Positions 63,201 through 64,000 of a DNA stretch of 64,000 nucleotides are shown here, in pieces; position 1 is the stretch's first letter, and every line of letters starts with the position of its first letter. Under the pieces are notes generated by a model. That model saw nothing but the letters and a program-made list of their open reading frames with translations. It was not told the DNA's origin and ran no database searches. The stretch is taken from assembly GCA_973895155.1 (NCBI GenBank), contig OZ316891.1, forward strand, positions 6,937,808 to 7,001,807. The letters run 5' to 3'. Made by a program: the position numbers and the translations under genes. The stretch comes from Marsupella aquatica (lineage: Eukaryota; Plantae; Marchantiophyta).

Positions 63201-64000
63201 AGACATGGTTTTGTGGCGATAAGCTGTTGGCAGAAAGGTGATCGTGCCTAGGAAGGTAAAGTTTGGAAGTCCTGTGATGCCTTATGCAGTTTCATGTACT
63301 TCAAGGTATTGAGCTGGACTGTTTGTGTATGTCGGGGGTCCTTTGGGAGCATGTTGATCTTGTCTAGCAAGTTCATGCAAAGCTATCTAATATTTGTATA
63401 CTATTCGTTGTCTTCCTTTCTTTGTCTTGCTAGCAGCGTGAAATTTGCAACAAGTCCGAGATTGTCGTCGAAACAATGATGATAACAGTCCTAAGGTTTA
63501 CCTCTGTTTTAAGCTTACCGGTTGTTTTCTGGATCGTAGAGTCGCAGTGTCAGCTGGATGATGTACTTGCTGAGATAGAAAAGCACCTGCAAATGGAGAA
63601 ACTGTGCTGGGCTGATGTCCTCTATGTACATTTGTATCTAAATGATATGAAGGAGTTCTCAAAAGCAAACGAGATATACGTACAGCATATTTCCGAGAAG
63701 GAGAGTGTCAGGGGTGTGCCATCAAGGTGTTGTGTAGAACTCCCTCTTGGACAGGCTGGGATGGGACAGGTCATGGTAGAAATTCTTGCTACAACAGATT
63801 CCAGAAAAAGGGTCGTACATGTTCAGAGCATCTCATCCTGGGCACCCTGTTGTATTGGACCATACAGCCAGGTGACAAATCAATGCCTATCCTGACGATA
63901 AAATAAATTCAGGTCAGTCTGCTCTGATAAGAAATTAGCAAAGTTGAGTTTGAATCTGATTCTCTGCAGGAGATTAAAAACCTATCTATGTGTGTCGTTT
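60288..64000 (+). CDS. DPH6: Diphthine-ammonia ligase (PP-loop ATPase plus C-terminal YjgF/RidA-like domains); multi-exon, runs off the window
   Basis: Exons MKVVALVSGGKDSCYNM; IVALANLLP..DELDSFMYQT; GDEVEDL..GAIASDYQRLRVENVCSRLGL; VAAMGLDP..HLGK; NVCGEGGEYESLTLDCPLFK; HVQSISSWAPCCIGPYSQ. Confidence 0.96.

Overview
Eukaryotic nuclear DNA from a land plant. Spliceosomal introns and plastid-targeted genes are present; a non-seed plant such as a bryophyte is my guess from gene content and is unverified. The left half is a nested structure. A multi-exon gene ending in a degenerate AIG1-like P-loop GTPase domain contains a 3x tandem exon+intron amplification. It is split by a TIR-bounded, transposase-less element (8475-30139) that appears to have left no target-site duplication and carries RPA1-C OB-fold, F-box-like and DUF1917/C11orf68 ORFs. 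That element is itself interrupted by a 17.1-kb CACTA/En-Spm transposon (9194-26280; perfect 18-bp TIRs, CAA TSD). The CACTA encodes TnpD and TnpA, each hit by a nonsense change, plus open cargo ORFs: an EDM2-type PHD-finger module, a tandem BRCT protein and an F-box-like protein. The right half holds host genes: a major LHCII gene whose mature protein has no Met or Cys (candidate sulfur-sparing antenna), a GOLD-domain gene, a ferredoxin-nitrite reductase with an uninterrupted CDS, and the 5' part of DPH6. All family assignments come from motif recognition by eye, not from database searches.
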